Part shown: one piece after another, positions 38,598-48,814 of the stretch | Layout: the number at the start of each line of letters is the position of its first letter | Position numbering within the stretch: position 1 is the first letter of the stretch | Source: Candidatus Kapaibacterium sp. | GTDB lineage: Bacteria; Bacteroidota; Ignavibacteria; Kapaibacteriales; UBA2268 | DNA length: 64,000 bases | Assembly: GCA_963665665.1 (NCBI GenBank) | Contig: OY762428.1 | Location: forward strand, 4,736,001-4,800,000 | Direction: 5' to 3' | The notes under the pieces: model-generated | Database searches by the model: none | Told to the model about the DNA's origin: nothing | Seen by the model: only the letters and a program-made list of their open reading frames with translations | Made by a program: the position numbers and the translations under genes

Positions 38598-38651
38598 ATC
38601 CGATCTTTAACAATTTGTATTTGTAAACGGTTTTTGTGTTATTTATTTTAC

Positions 38652-40559
38652 TTATTTGAAAATTTTATCAATCTCCGCCCCTTGAAGTTCCATCATAATT
38701 CTTCTTCCATTTGGTGCCCTGTAAGGATTAGAGCATTGCAGCAGTTCCTTTATCAGGGATTCGGCCTCCTTCTCACCAAGAATTTTATCATCTCTTATTG
38801 CGCTGCGAACGGCAAATGACTCTGCGATTTTTTCTTTTCTGCTGCTGTTGGCGTTTCCCTGCATTTTTTCGAAACTGTCGATTATATCGCCGAGTGCTTT
38901 TTCGGCTGCACCACTATTCAAATCAGAAGGAATTGCACTGATCTCCACTGAATTATCATTTTTCAGATCAATGAAAAAACCTATTGAGTTCAATTCGGTT
39001 AATATTTCATTCAAAATAGTAAATTTTACAGGTGAAAGTGTTATTCTTTCAGGAAATAATAATTCCTGTGATGATGTGGGATTACCCTCGATATTTTTCA
39101 ATGATCTTTCGTATAATATCCTTATGTGGGCAGCTCTTTTATCAACAAGAGTTATCGAATCAGGTTTCAACAAAAGTAAATAACGTGAACGAAGTTGCCA
39201 TATATCAGCTTTTAACTGCTTTATTTCAATATCGATTTCATGTCTGTTACCGGTTGTGGGGGTATGCGGGATTTCATCAAAAGAATCTTTTTTCCCACCA
39301 AAAATTGCGTCATAAGCTGACTGTTCTTTTCTTCCAAAATTATCTCTGTCGGGGATAGGGGAGCGATAACTATCATTTTCGTATGGCCTTGGCGATGTAA
39401 ATGAACTGCTGCTTACAGCCCTGGGCATTTCGTTTTCATTATCAATTATTTCTCCCGTTTCACGGTTAATCGCAATTCTTCCTTTAGCGCTTTCCTCGGT
39501 AAAGAATGGTGCTTTAGCCGAAAATTCAGCAAGACTGAAGTCCGGAGTCAGGTTCTCCGCCTGCAATGCTTTGTTCAAAGTTTCTGTCAGACAGTTGTAA
39601 ATGTATTGTTCATCATCGAACTTTACTTCATTCTTCTGCGGGTGAACGTTTACATCTACTCTTTTAGGGTCTATATCAATATTAATAATATAAACCGGAT
39701 GCCTGTCTTTATCAATTAGTTTTTCCAGGGTTTTATAGATAGCATGGCTGAGCGATCGGCTGATTATCGATCTGCCGTTCATAAAAAGAAACTGTCCGCT
39801 TCGGTTATTCTTGGCAATAACCGGATTTCCAAGATAGCCGTAGATTTTCATAGATTTGTTCTCGAACCCGAGTTTAATCAGGGAATCTGTTGTTTCAGGC
39901 CCTATTGCATCCCTGATTCTTTGTTCCGGAGTCGATGGGAACAGGTCAAAAATTAATGTATCGCCATCATAAAATGTAAATCTTTTATCCGGATTACTGA
40001 GTGCAAATTTGGTCATAGTATCTGAAATATGCCGGAACTCAGTAAGGTTTGATTTTAAGAATTTTCGTCTGGCAGGAACGTTGTAGAAGAGATTTTTTAC
40101 AAATACCTGTGTTCCTGTCTCATTTGCAGCAGGTTCAATATTTTGTTCCCTGTTTGGTTCGGCTGTAAGCTTCCAACCTAATTCATCGTCGTTTCTTTTA
40201 GTTCTGATCTCCAGAGATGCAACAGAAGATATTGATGCAAGTGCTTCTCCCCGGAATCCGTATGTAAGTATCTCTTCAAGGTCATTTTGTGTTTTGATTT
40301 TGCTTGTTGCATGCCTTTTAGTAGACAAAAGCAAATCCTTATCATTCATGCCACTGCCATTATCTACCACGTGGATAAGTTGTTTTCCTGCCTGGCGTAT
40401 TATCACGGCAATTGTATCTGCTCCTGCGTCAATTGCATTTTCAACCAATTCCTTTACCACCGACTGAGGCCTTTGAACCACTTCTCCGGCGGCAATCTGG
40501 TTAGCAATAAAATCCGGCAGAATATTTATCGTTGTTTCACTATGTTTATCATTTTTCAT
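38652..40559 (-). CDS. mutL: DNA mismatch repair protein MutL
   Basis: NQIAAGEVVQRP, ELVENAIDAG, GFRGEALASI, DVNVHPQK; ATG at 40559 preferred as start. Confidence 0.95.
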   Translation of the reverse strand: MKNDKHSETTINILPDFIANQIAAGEVVQRPQSVVKELVENAIDAGADTIAVIIRQAGKQLIHVVDNGSGMNDKDLLLSTKRHATSKIKTQNDLEEILTYGFRGEALASISSVASLEIRTKRNDDELGWKLTAEPNREQNIEPAANETGTQVFVKNLFYNVPARRKFLKSNLTEFRHISDTMTKFALSNPDKRFTFYDGDTLIFDLFPSTPEQRIRDAIGPETTDSLIKLGFENKSMKIYGYLGNPVIAKNNRSGQFLFMNGRSIISRSLSHAIYKTLEKLIDKDRHPVYIINIDIDPKRVDVNVHPQKNEVKFDDEQYIYNCLTETLNKALQAENLTPDFSLAEFSAKAPFFTEESAKGRIAINRETGEIIDNENEMPRAVSSSSFTSPRPYENDSYRSPIPDRDNFGRKEQSAYDAIFGGKKDSFDEIPHTPTTGNRHEIDIEIKQLKADIWQLRSRYLLLLKPDSITLVDKRAAHIRILYERSLKNIEGNPTSSQELLFPERITLSPVKFTILNEILTELNSIGFFIDLKNDNSVEISAIPSDLNSGAAEKALGDIIDSFEKMQGNANSSRKEKIAESFAVRSAIRDDKILGEKEAESLIKELLQCSNPYRAPNGRRIMMELQGAEIDKIFK

Positions 40560-40564
40560 AGCTG

Positions 40565-40572
40565 CAAATATA
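40565..40572 (-). promoter_or_regulatory. Bacteroidota-type -7 promoter box (TATATTTG) directly upstream of mutL
   Basis: Matches TAnnTTTG; similar boxes at 6516-6523(-), 20913-20920(+), 23704-23711(-), 29554-29561(+), 44314-44321(+). Confidence 0.55.
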
Positions 40573-41176
40573 AGAATAAATTTTAGGAAGAGGCAACCGG
40601 GCATATTCCGATTATCGGAATAATCCTGATCTTTTTTCTGATCCGGTTCATTTCTATCAAGATGTTATCCCTGCTATAACTTAAGGAAGGGAATTTGAAT
40701 GATGCAAAGTTTGCGTACTATGCAGGATATAAGTATTTTTTTTTGTTCAAAACGTTCCGGGAAGCTTAAAGAGCAATATCAAAATTTTTTCGATTGGTTT
40801 CAAATGCATAATATCGTCGCTTTTTCATTTTTATTTTTGAGTAACATAAATTTCATAAGCTTAACGATACGTAAATTGCCAGACGAATATTCCTTTGAAA
40901 ATAAAAGCGGTTTGCTGTGGATAATGTTCGAAAAATTTCTTTGCGGGCATACACCTGATTCGCTTTACTTACTTATACTTCGGGAATTGTATGTTTCAGC
41001 AGCAGGATATTTAATAATAAAATTGAAACTTTGATTTCATTCAGTCGTTGAAGCTTTATCTTTGGGAATTGATTTGGATTTCAATTAATTTTTTTTCAAT
41101 ATTTTTGTATGAATACCGGATGAAATTATCCTGATATTGATTTTTTTGGTAAATCAACAAATTGCAGGGAAAGAAT

Positions 41177-41821
41177 ATGAAAAATTTAATACAAATTATT
41201 TTATTCGCAATGCTTATATCAGCTTTGGCTGCAAAAGCAGAAGAAGAAACACTTCTTGGAGCTGGTATCGAAAATGTAGGAGCTTACTTCAGTATTGACT
41301 CCCATGTATCACACTTCGATTCAGATATAAATTTTCTAACAGGTGGGAGGTTTGTTCTGATCTTCAATAATGTTATAGGAATTGGCTCTGCAAGCTCTGA
41401 AATTGCCGATGGGAAGACTTTTGAATTAAACGGTGTGAAGGCCGATTTGACTGCTGATTATGGCGGACTTTATTTTGAATACATTAACAACTACAGTAGT
41501 AGCGTACACTACAATTTGAACTGCCTTCTTGGATTTGGCACTGCTTCGTTCAATGATGTGTTGATACCTGATGGAAATGGTAATTCCTGGTTTAAGGAAA
41601 CATCTTCATTTTTTGTTGTTGAACCAAAAGCAAATATTGAAGTAAATGTTATAAGTTATGTTCGCCTTGAGCTTGGTGCCGGATACAGGTTCGCAATGGG
41701 AGTGGAGTTGCCATATTTTGACGATGCTGATATTAATGGATTTACCGCAACTTTGGGAATAAAGATAGGGCTTTTCCAGGGATATAACCTGAAGAAGATA
41801 TTTGGTGGCGATGATGATTAG
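41177..41821 (+). CDS. Outer-membrane beta-barrel protein (small, exported)
   Basis: Signal peptide ending AKA; YGGLYFEY, FFVVEPKANIEVN, LGAGYRF amphipathic strands. Confidence 0.8.
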   Translation: MKNLIQIILFAMLISALAAKAEEETLLGAGIENVGAYFSIDSHVSHFDSDINFLTGGRFVLIFNNVIGIGSASSEIADGKTFELNGVKADLTADYGGLYFEYINNYSSSVHYNLNCLLGFGTASFNDVLIPDGNGNSWFKETSSFFVVEPKANIEVNVISYVRLELGAGYRFAMGVELPYFDDADINGFTATLGIKIGLFQGYNLKKIFGGDDD

Positions 41822-41899
41822 GGATTACAATTTTTTGCCGGAAAAATGGTTATATAGCATAGTGTTTTCCAGGTCATAGTTAGTTATTGAAAAGGATAA

Positions 41900-42424
41900 T
41901 CAGCAGTCGATTCCGGGACGTGAAATCACGCCTTTCTGGTAGTAATGCCTGACTTCCTTCATTTCCGTTATCAGGTCGGCGTTGGCAAGTATTTCATTCG
42001 GGCAGTATCTGCCTGTAACTATAAGTTCCGTCTTTTGTGGTTTCAGGTGAAAAAGGTCTATCAAATCCTGATTTTTCAGCATTTTGTAATACAGGCAAAC
42101 GCAAATTTCATCGAGAACCACAATGTCGAATTTTCCACTTAGCATTGCTTCTTTTGCTCTTTCAAATCCGTGGCGGATTGTTTGGATTTCTTCTGCATTT
42201 GGTTTTCTTTTCTGGATTATGAAATCTTCGCCACCGTACTGTTCTAATCGAACAAGGTTGGTAAACTTTCTGAATGCATTTAATTCAGAGTATGGGAATT
42301 CCTTCATAAACTGCATGATAAAAGTGTTCATTCCTATGCCGGCGGCGCGAAGAGCTACGCCAAGAGCTGCTGTTGTTTTGCCCTTGCCGTTGCCCGTATA
42401 AATTTGTATATAGCCCTTTTCCAT
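41900..42424 (-). CDS. cobO: Cob(I)yrinic acid a,c-diamide adenosyltransferase (CobO/BtuR type)
   Basis: IYTGNGKGKTTAALG, QFMK, VVLDEI, TGR, ADLITEM motifs. Confidence 0.92.
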   Translation of the reverse strand: MEKGYIQIYTGNGKGKTTAALGVALRAAGIGMNTFIMQFMKEFPYSELNAFRKFTNLVRLEQYGGEDFIIQKRKPNAEEIQTIRHGFERAKEAMLSGKFDIVVLDEICVCLYYKMLKNQDLIDLFHLKPQKTELIVTGRYCPNEILANADLITEMKEVRHYYQKGVISRPGIDC

Positions 42425-42489
42425 AATTTTCCGATATTTGCATCTGTTTTTTATGCAATTTAATAATTATGACTGAAATTTTTTGAAAA

Positions 42490-42909
42490 ATGATAAAGAT
42501 TGGCAATATTGAGATTAGCGATTCCGAGATAGAACTCTCCTTTGTTAGAGCTTCAGGGCCGGGAGGACAGAATGTGAACAAAGTTGCTACAGCGGTACAG
42601 CTCAGGTTCGACATAATGGCAAGTTCCCTTACGGAAGAGCTGAAGGAAGCCCTGAAAAAAATTGCAGGCGATAAAGTTAGTTCAGACGGCATCCTGATAA
42701 TTGATGCCCGTAGGTTTCGTACGCAAACAGCAAACAGGAAAGATGCTTTCAAAAGGCTTGCCGATATGATCCGCAAGGCTGGTATCAGGCCCAAAAAAAG
42801 GAAAAAGTCCAAACCATCGGCAGCGGCACGTGAAGAAAGGCTGAAAAAGAAGAAAAGACGCTCTGAAATAAAGAGCGGGCGTGGCAGTGGCAGGAAATGG
42901 ATGATGTAA
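42490..42909 (+). CDS. arfB: Alternative ribosome rescue peptidyl-tRNA hydrolase
   Basis: RASGPGGQNVNKVATAV GGQ motif and basic C-terminal tail. Confidence 0.93.
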   Translation: MIKIGNIEISDSEIELSFVRASGPGGQNVNKVATAVQLRFDIMASSLTEELKEALKKIAGDKVSSDGILIIDARRFRTQTANRKDAFKRLADMIRKAGIRPKKRKKSKPSAAAREERLKKKKRRSEIKSGRGSGRKWMM

Positions 42910-43103
42910 TTTAAGTTGTTTTACTTTTTTGATTTTAAACATTAAAAATGGGTTTAAAATTTTCCTTTTCATTTCTCGATATTCGGGAATCAAAGGCTGT
43001 CAATATTTCTCAGGTATTATACTATACAACGTGATATTTATTGATTCCGACACGGAACAATTTTAGAAGCAGTAATTATGTAGAATTTCCACAAAGCGTT
43101 AAA

Positions 43104-43982
43104 ATGTTGAAGTATTCCGAGCCATTATTCAGGCCTCCATCCGAGGCATACTCATTAATAATTCAGCCAACGATAGGTTGTTCCTGGAATAAATGTACTT
43201 TTTGCGAAATGTATTCAATGAAGAAGTTCCGAGTCAGGCCGGAAAATGAAGTTCTTGATGATATCAGGTCAATGAAGGATATGGCCCCGTTTATCAGCAA
43301 AGTATTTATTGCTGACGGCAATGCAATGGCACTTTCAGGTTCACGGCTGTTAAAAATACTGGAAGCACTGAAAGACACATTCCCAAAGCTGAGACGTGTT
43401 TCTTCGTATGCTTTGCCGAAAGATATTCTGGCTAAAAGCAGTACCGAACTAAAAGAACTAAGAGACGCCGGGCTGAAATTACTATATGTTGGTATCGAAT
43501 CAGGAGATGCAGAAGTATTGAAATTAATTAACAAAGGAGAAACTCCTGAATCGACTATTAAAGGCTGCAATTCAGCCATATCTAATGGTATCGGCCTGTC
43601 TGTAATGATATTGAACGGACTTGGCGGTACTGATTTAAGCAGGCAGCATGCCACAAACTCTGCTAAAGTTATTAATGAAATAAACCCTGAATACCTGTCA
43701 ACACTGGTTTTGAGTTTTCCTTATGGCATTGAGCATTTCCGAGGGCGTATCGGAAAAGACTTCATTCCACTTAACACAGGCGAACTGATCCTTGAAATGA
43801 AATGGTTTATTGAAGGCCTTGAGATTGAAAAATCAGTATTTCGGAGCGACCACGCTTCCAACTATCTTGTGCTGAAGGGAATTTTATCAAGGGACAAAGA
43901 TAAGCTTCTTAACCGGATAGATTCAGCGCTTCGGAATCCAGACCTTGCAGGCATCAGGCCGGAGTGGATGCGGGGGCTGTAA
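43104..43982 (+). CDS. Radical SAM protein of unknown function
   Basis: FRPPSEA...GCSWNKCTFC (Cx4Cx2C), ADGNA, YVGIESG, FRSDHASNY. Confidence 0.88.
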   Translation: MLKYSEPLFRPPSEAYSLIIQPTIGCSWNKCTFCEMYSMKKFRVRPENEVLDDIRSMKDMAPFISKVFIADGNAMALSGSRLLKILEALKDTFPKLRRVSSYALPKDILAKSSTELKELRDAGLKLLYVGIESGDAEVLKLINKGETPESTIKGCNSAISNGIGLSVMILNGLGGTDLSRQHATNSAKVINEINPEYLSTLVLSFPYGIEHFRGRIGKDFIPLNTGELILEMKWFIEGLEIEKSVFRSDHASNYLVLKGILSRDKDKLLNRIDSALRNPDLAGIRPEWMRGL

Positions 43983-44167
43983 ATTTTTTTCAGAATCTAA
44001 TTCAATATATTATTTTACCCCGGCTATTTTTGTTTAAGGGCTGAGTTCTGAATTAATGAAATTATTAATAATCAAAAACTGTATTAGTTTGAATAAGAAT
44101 TTTATAAAACATTACTACTCAGCATAAAGGAAGAATATGTCAGATATGGTTAATAATACCAGAAAAT

Positions 44168-44278
44168 GTCGCTCTGAACGAAGTGAAGAGTCTATTCTTC
44201 ATAATTTTAACCAAAAAACAAGTGGATTCTTCAGTTGCAAGCTCCGGAAGCTTGCCCCGACATGTCGGGGAATGACAT
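44168..44278. repeat. REP-like palindrome (same family as 35066)
   Basis: TGTCGCTCTGAACGAAGTGAAGAGTC ... GATTCTTCA...GAATGACA with an internal CCCCGACATGTCGGGG palindrome. Confidence 0.6.
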
Positions 44279-44449
44279 TTTTGCAATTATTCTTTTCAAA
44301 ACCAGAATATTATTATATTTGCTGAGTAATAACTAAAAAAACTTAAGCAATTAATTTTTCCTGAAAAAAAGCTAATATAAGATTAATTGGCTTTTGCCCC
44401 GTCATTCCTTATATTATCCGAGTATAGAATTTCGAAAGGAAAGGAATCC

Positions 44450-46765
44450 GTGAAAAACAAATATATCCTGATAATCTTTCTGATGGCCTCCTGCCTGGAT
44501 GCTGTATTTGCCGCGAAACCGGAAATAACATCTTTTAGCCCTGATAGCTCTGTAAGCGCCGCTGAATTCCCGCGCCCGGGAATGTACATGAATACTATTG
44601 TTCCGGACTCGGTAGCAGCCCTGAAATTTGGTATTGAAAAGGCTTTTGTTATATGGCATATTATGCCGGGAATGGGGGCATGGAATTCGGATCTTGCCGA
44701 AGGTGACACAATAATCAAGGCCGACGGAAAACCAATGACTACTGACAGCTCTGCCGGGAATTCTTTCCTTGATCATTACCTGAAGGATAATCCGGGACTG
44801 AAAAATGTAACAATAACGAAAATAAAAAACGGGCAGGCTGACGATATAATTATGCCCGTAATAAAAAATGAAAAAATTGAGGTTGAATACAGGAAATTTC
44901 TTCCTGATTTTACCGGGAAATCCCTGATTGACAGTTTAGCCGAAAATTTAAACAGGAAGCATGATATTTCCGGAATTGTAAAGCAGATATCAAACTGTGC
45001 TGCTGAGGATCACAATAAAGTAATGTTCTCGAAAAGGCCTGCGCCTTTCAGGCTTGAAGCTGTTAATTTCCTATTCGATAATCCATTTCGTACAGGAGAG
45101 CTTTCCAGGCTGATAAGTGATAGAATCAAAAAGGCTGGCGAATCCGGTTTGCCTGATATTTTAAGAACTGTATCCTCTTATCTTGATATTCCTAATACCG
45201 ATATATTCAGCCCTACACTTCCAAAATCCATTCATAACCTTGACTTGTATTTTGCAAAAATTCAGTCTGAACTTGATATTGCATATAGATCTCCGGGCAA
45301 AAAAGAACTGAAGAAGACTTTAAAGTTGCTTCATGGTTTACTCGATCCGGAGAATGACAGCAAAATAAATATCGAAAAGAATATTCAATGGAAGACAAAA
45401 AAGAAAGAAATTATAAGAATTGAAAAGGAAATGGCAACAGCACTTGCTAAGGCCGGGGAAGTAGATATGTTCGCTTTGTTCAATGCAGCACGCCTTGCTT
45501 CAAGGCTTCTTGATGAAAAATGGCTGAATAGATTTATCTCTTTAACCCGGGTTGCTGATATGACCGGGGCTTATTCAAATAATAAATACGGGGTAAGCGG
45601 GGAAGTTCTTGCCCTTTGGGAAAACAGGCAGGGAACATGTGTGATAGGGGGAAAAGGGCCCAATAGTTACTCCGGTGATTTTGCTTTTATTCTTGATATT
45701 GGTGGTGATGACAAATATGAGCTTGGCAATGCAAAGACAGGCAGTTTCAGAATAATTATCGATAAATCAGGCAATGACTGCTATTTTTCAGAGGAAACCG
45801 GTATTGCTGCCGGGATTGGGGCGCTTGATTTTCTTTTGGATGTTCAGGGTAACGACTCGTATAAATCTGACGGATACTCGCAAGGAGCCGGGCTTCTTGG
45901 TATTGGCCTGCTAATCGACAACAGCGGTAATGACAGCTACAGGGCAGACTGGTGCTCGCAGGGTGCTGGTTTTGCAGGTGCCGGAATTATTATTGACAGA
46001 AAAGGAAATGATAATTATTATTCTCACCTGTATTCTCAGGGATTCGGATATTCCGGTGGTATGGGGATACTGATTGACGAGGATGGCAACGATATCTACA
46101 ATGCCGGATGGAAATATCCGGACAGCCGTATACCGGGAAAAGCATTTCTTTCTATGTCGCAGGGATTCGGGTTTGGATACCGGCCATGGGATATTGGAAT
46201 AAGTCTTTCCGGAGGTATCGGTATTTTAAATGATTATGCCGGAAACGATTCGTATAATGCTGATTTTTTCTCCCAGGGAGCTTCATACTGGTATGCCCTT
46301 GGTATTTTGCATGATTATGACGGAGCCGACAGGTACAGCGCCGGGCAATACTCCCAAGGCAGCGGAATACACCTTTCTTTTGGCGCTTTGCTTGATGACA
46401 GGGGAGATGATAATTACTATGCTTACGCCGGACTTGAGCAGGGAAATGCCCATGACTGGTCGGCAGGTTGCCTTGAAGACCTTTCGGGAAATGATGTATA
46501 TTACGGCAGCAGCAGTAGTCAGGGATCGGCTCTGACAGTTGCAGTAGCTTATCTTTTGGATGCAGGTGGTTCGGATAAATATATTTGTGATAACGATAAG
46601 CAGGAATACTGTCAGGGCAGCGGAAGGGCTGAAAGAAAAAGAGCCGCGTATTCATTTGGCTTCCTGATAGACCTGGGCGGAGAAAAAGATTTCTTTTCGA
46701 AACACCCCGGTCTTATTAAAAGTGTTAAAGCTAATGAAAACGGGCTGATTTATAAAGGAGAGTAG
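44450..46765 (+). CDS. Exported protein with PDZ-like N-terminal region and Gly/Asp-rich repeats
   Basis: GTG start after AAGGA; signal peptide; LAEGDTIIKADG PDZ-like segment; ~12 (L/I)xDxxGxDxY repeats. Confidence 0.8.
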   Translation: MKNKYILIIFLMASCLDAVFAAKPEITSFSPDSSVSAAEFPRPGMYMNTIVPDSVAALKFGIEKAFVIWHIMPGMGAWNSDLAEGDTIIKADGKPMTTDSSAGNSFLDHYLKDNPGLKNVTITKIKNGQADDIIMPVIKNEKIEVEYRKFLPDFTGKSLIDSLAENLNRKHDISGIVKQISNCAAEDHNKVMFSKRPAPFRLEAVNFLFDNPFRTGELSRLISDRIKKAGESGLPDILRTVSSYLDIPNTDIFSPTLPKSIHNLDLYFAKIQSELDIAYRSPGKKELKKTLKLLHGLLDPENDSKINIEKNIQWKTKKKEIIRIEKEMATALAKAGEVDMFALFNAARLASRLLDEKWLNRFISLTRVADMTGAYSNNKYGVSGEVLALWENRQGTCVIGGKGPNSYSGDFAFILDIGGDDKYELGNAKTGSFRIIIDKSGNDCYFSEETGIAAGIGALDFLLDVQGNDSYKSDGYSQGAGLLGIGLLIDNSGNDSYRADWCSQGAGFAGAGIIIDRKGNDNYYSHLYSQGFGYSGGMGILIDEDGNDIYNAGWKYPDSRIPGKAFLSMSQGFGFGYRPWDIGISLSGGIGILNDYAGNDSYNADFFSQGASYWYALGILHDYDGADRYSAGQYSQGSGIHLSFGALLDDRGDDNYYAYAGLEQGNAHDWSAGCLEDLSGNDVYYGSSSSQGSALTVAVAYLLDAGGSDKYICDNDKQEYCQGSGRAERKRAAYSFGFLIDLGGEKDFFSKHPGLIKSVKANENGLIYKGE

Positions 46766-47081
46766 CGAGTATTTTTTAGATTATTGATCTTATATTTTGG
46801 AAAATTTATTCACTGCCTTGAATATCATTCATCATATTGAAAAAGCAGAGCTTAAAATTTAATGCTCTTATGATATTGGATGAAAATAAATATTCTCCGT
46901 CGGCTGGGATGTCATCATCAAATTCTATATCCACGAGCTTTAGCGCGTGGCTATTGAATTGGATGATGGTTGAGTTGAGGGACAGCCGCCGCTTTCAGTC
47001 CTGAACTTATCAGCGCTGAAAGCGTGGGCGGGGTTAGTTCAATAAATACTATTGTGAATTATCTTTTTCATTTTTTACCCC

Positions 47082-48350
47082 TTAGTTAACCACGATAAAT
47101 TTTGAGGAATAATTATTTTCTCCCGTCCTGATTCGGGCAATATAAACCCCCGAGGGCAATGATACGGGCAACGATATTTGCGAACCCTGAACAGCAGCAA
47201 TATTTTGAGAAAAAACCACTTCCCCCTGAATATTATTAATTGTAAGGTTGATTTCTACGCTTTGGCTTTCAAGTCCGTTTATAGTCAGTATCCCGCCCGA
47301 GTATTCAGTCCTGAACGCGTTTGTATCCACCTCTTCTTTAACGCCTACGGTACTCAGGATTTTTTCGAAATCAAGGGCGACAATAGTACGATTTCCATTA
47401 TCGTGTACAATTATATTTTTAGCTGCATAGTTGTATAACGGATTTGAAGAACCATATTCTGATGAAAAATATATTTCTTTTTCATTATCAATATCCCATA
47501 TAATTGAATAAAAATCAAGCCCATTATCTGATGTTGCAAAAACATAATTATCATCAATCAGACCTAAACCCCAAAAACCTTTAGGCGGGGTTGTTTCTGT
47601 TATTAACATCCACTTGGAATACGGTGCTTCCGTTAAGAAAAATGAACCTTTTATTGAACCTAACCTGTTTTGCCCATAACATACATACTTAGCATTTTCA
47701 GAAAATTGAATATACTCAATTCTTCTGCCATTGTCAGGATAGTCTTCAAGCTCCTTAATAAACTGCATTGTTTGCGCATCGAAAAGGTAGAAGTGGGTAG
47801 ATTCATCTTCTGTGTCGTAGTTTTCTAATGTTGCAAGTGCTAAAAACCTGCCGTCAAGTGATACTTCAAAGGCTGTTGTATAATTCGACAAATTTTCAAC
47901 TATAATTGAATTACCCTGATCAATATTCATGATGAACCAGCGATTATTTTCCAGAGTATTTATTTTGTAGATCAACAAATTATTATCCGGATGGAAAAAT
48001 TTAACGTATGCAGTTTCCTCCGGCAGTTCTCCGATAATTTCCCCTGTCTCGTAATCAACGATTTTCCGGCAAGCTACGAAACGTGTGCCATCCTTAGAAA
48101 TATCAATCCAATCGCTAACATAGCCGGTAAAAGGCACATTGATATTCCTTATAATTTCGCCGGTTAAGCCGTCAATTTCCAGGATATCGTAATGGCTTCG
48201 TATCAACACATTTCCGTTGGGATGAATTGCAGGCATGGAGTGGAATTGAACCTCATTATTAGTCCACATCACGAGGGAATCGGCCTGCGCCCTTGCCCCG
48301 GCAGAAAATAAGAATGATAAAATTGCTGCCAGTAAAATTAGTTTCTTCAT
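47082..48350 (-). CDS. T9SS-secreted beta-propeller protein
   Basis: Signal peptide; ISKDG, VSLDG and FSENA WD40-like blades; CTD NIQGEVV...LPSGVY...SSKFIVVN. Confidence 0.82.
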   Translation of the reverse strand: MKKLILLAAILSFLFSAGARAQADSLVMWTNNEVQFHSMPAIHPNGNVLIRSHYDILEIDGLTGEIIRNINVPFTGYVSDWIDISKDGTRFVACRKIVDYETGEIIGELPEETAYVKFFHPDNNLLIYKINTLENNRWFIMNIDQGNSIIVENLSNYTTAFEVSLDGRFLALATLENYDTEDESTHFYLFDAQTMQFIKELEDYPDNGRRIEYIQFSENAKYVCYGQNRLGSIKGSFFLTEAPYSKWMLITETTPPKGFWGLGLIDDNYVFATSDNGLDFYSIIWDIDNEKEIYFSSEYGSSNPLYNYAAKNIIVHDNGNRTIVALDFEKILSTVGVKEEVDTNAFRTEYSGGILTINGLESQSVEINLTINNIQGEVVFSQNIAAVQGSQISLPVSLPSGVYIARIRTGENNYSSKFIVVN

Positions 48351-48814
48351 GGTAAAGCCCCATAATTGTTTTTACATTACTACCATCGGGTAGTATTATT
48401 TATATATAGTTAGTAACATATCAAATTCAATTTGGTCTCAAACTTTTTCGCATTGTTATTGATTGCCGGAACTTAATCAATCTTTATTATTCCCGCAAAT
48501 GTTTCTTGTTCCTGTATCGTTGCTGTTGCTGTGGGTTAAGTTATCGGGCAGGAGGGTTAGGAATATGGATTTTTCAGTCGCAAGCTCCGGATCAATTCCC
48601 CTCCCGTGGAGGGATATCCGAAGGGCGGGGTGGATTCTTTTTCTTAGCTTACTTTATCCACGAGATAGAGCACGTGGCTATTAGCACCCTGTTTCACTGC
48701 AAAGCCCTCCCCTTACGATAATACCACACTGTGTGTGGAGGGGAGGGGTCGAAAACGATGTCTGAATTATTGAAATTGAAATTTGAAAATTTACGTGAAA
48801 TCAGATTTCAGTAA

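Noticed and set aside
40699-41034. 111-aa ORF upstream of the OMP gene
   Set aside because: Atypical composition, no motif; probably spurious.
31203-42909. rqcH and arfB as a ribosome-rescue cluster
   Set aside because: About 10 kb apart on opposite strands with unrelated genes between; co-occurrence is probably incidental.
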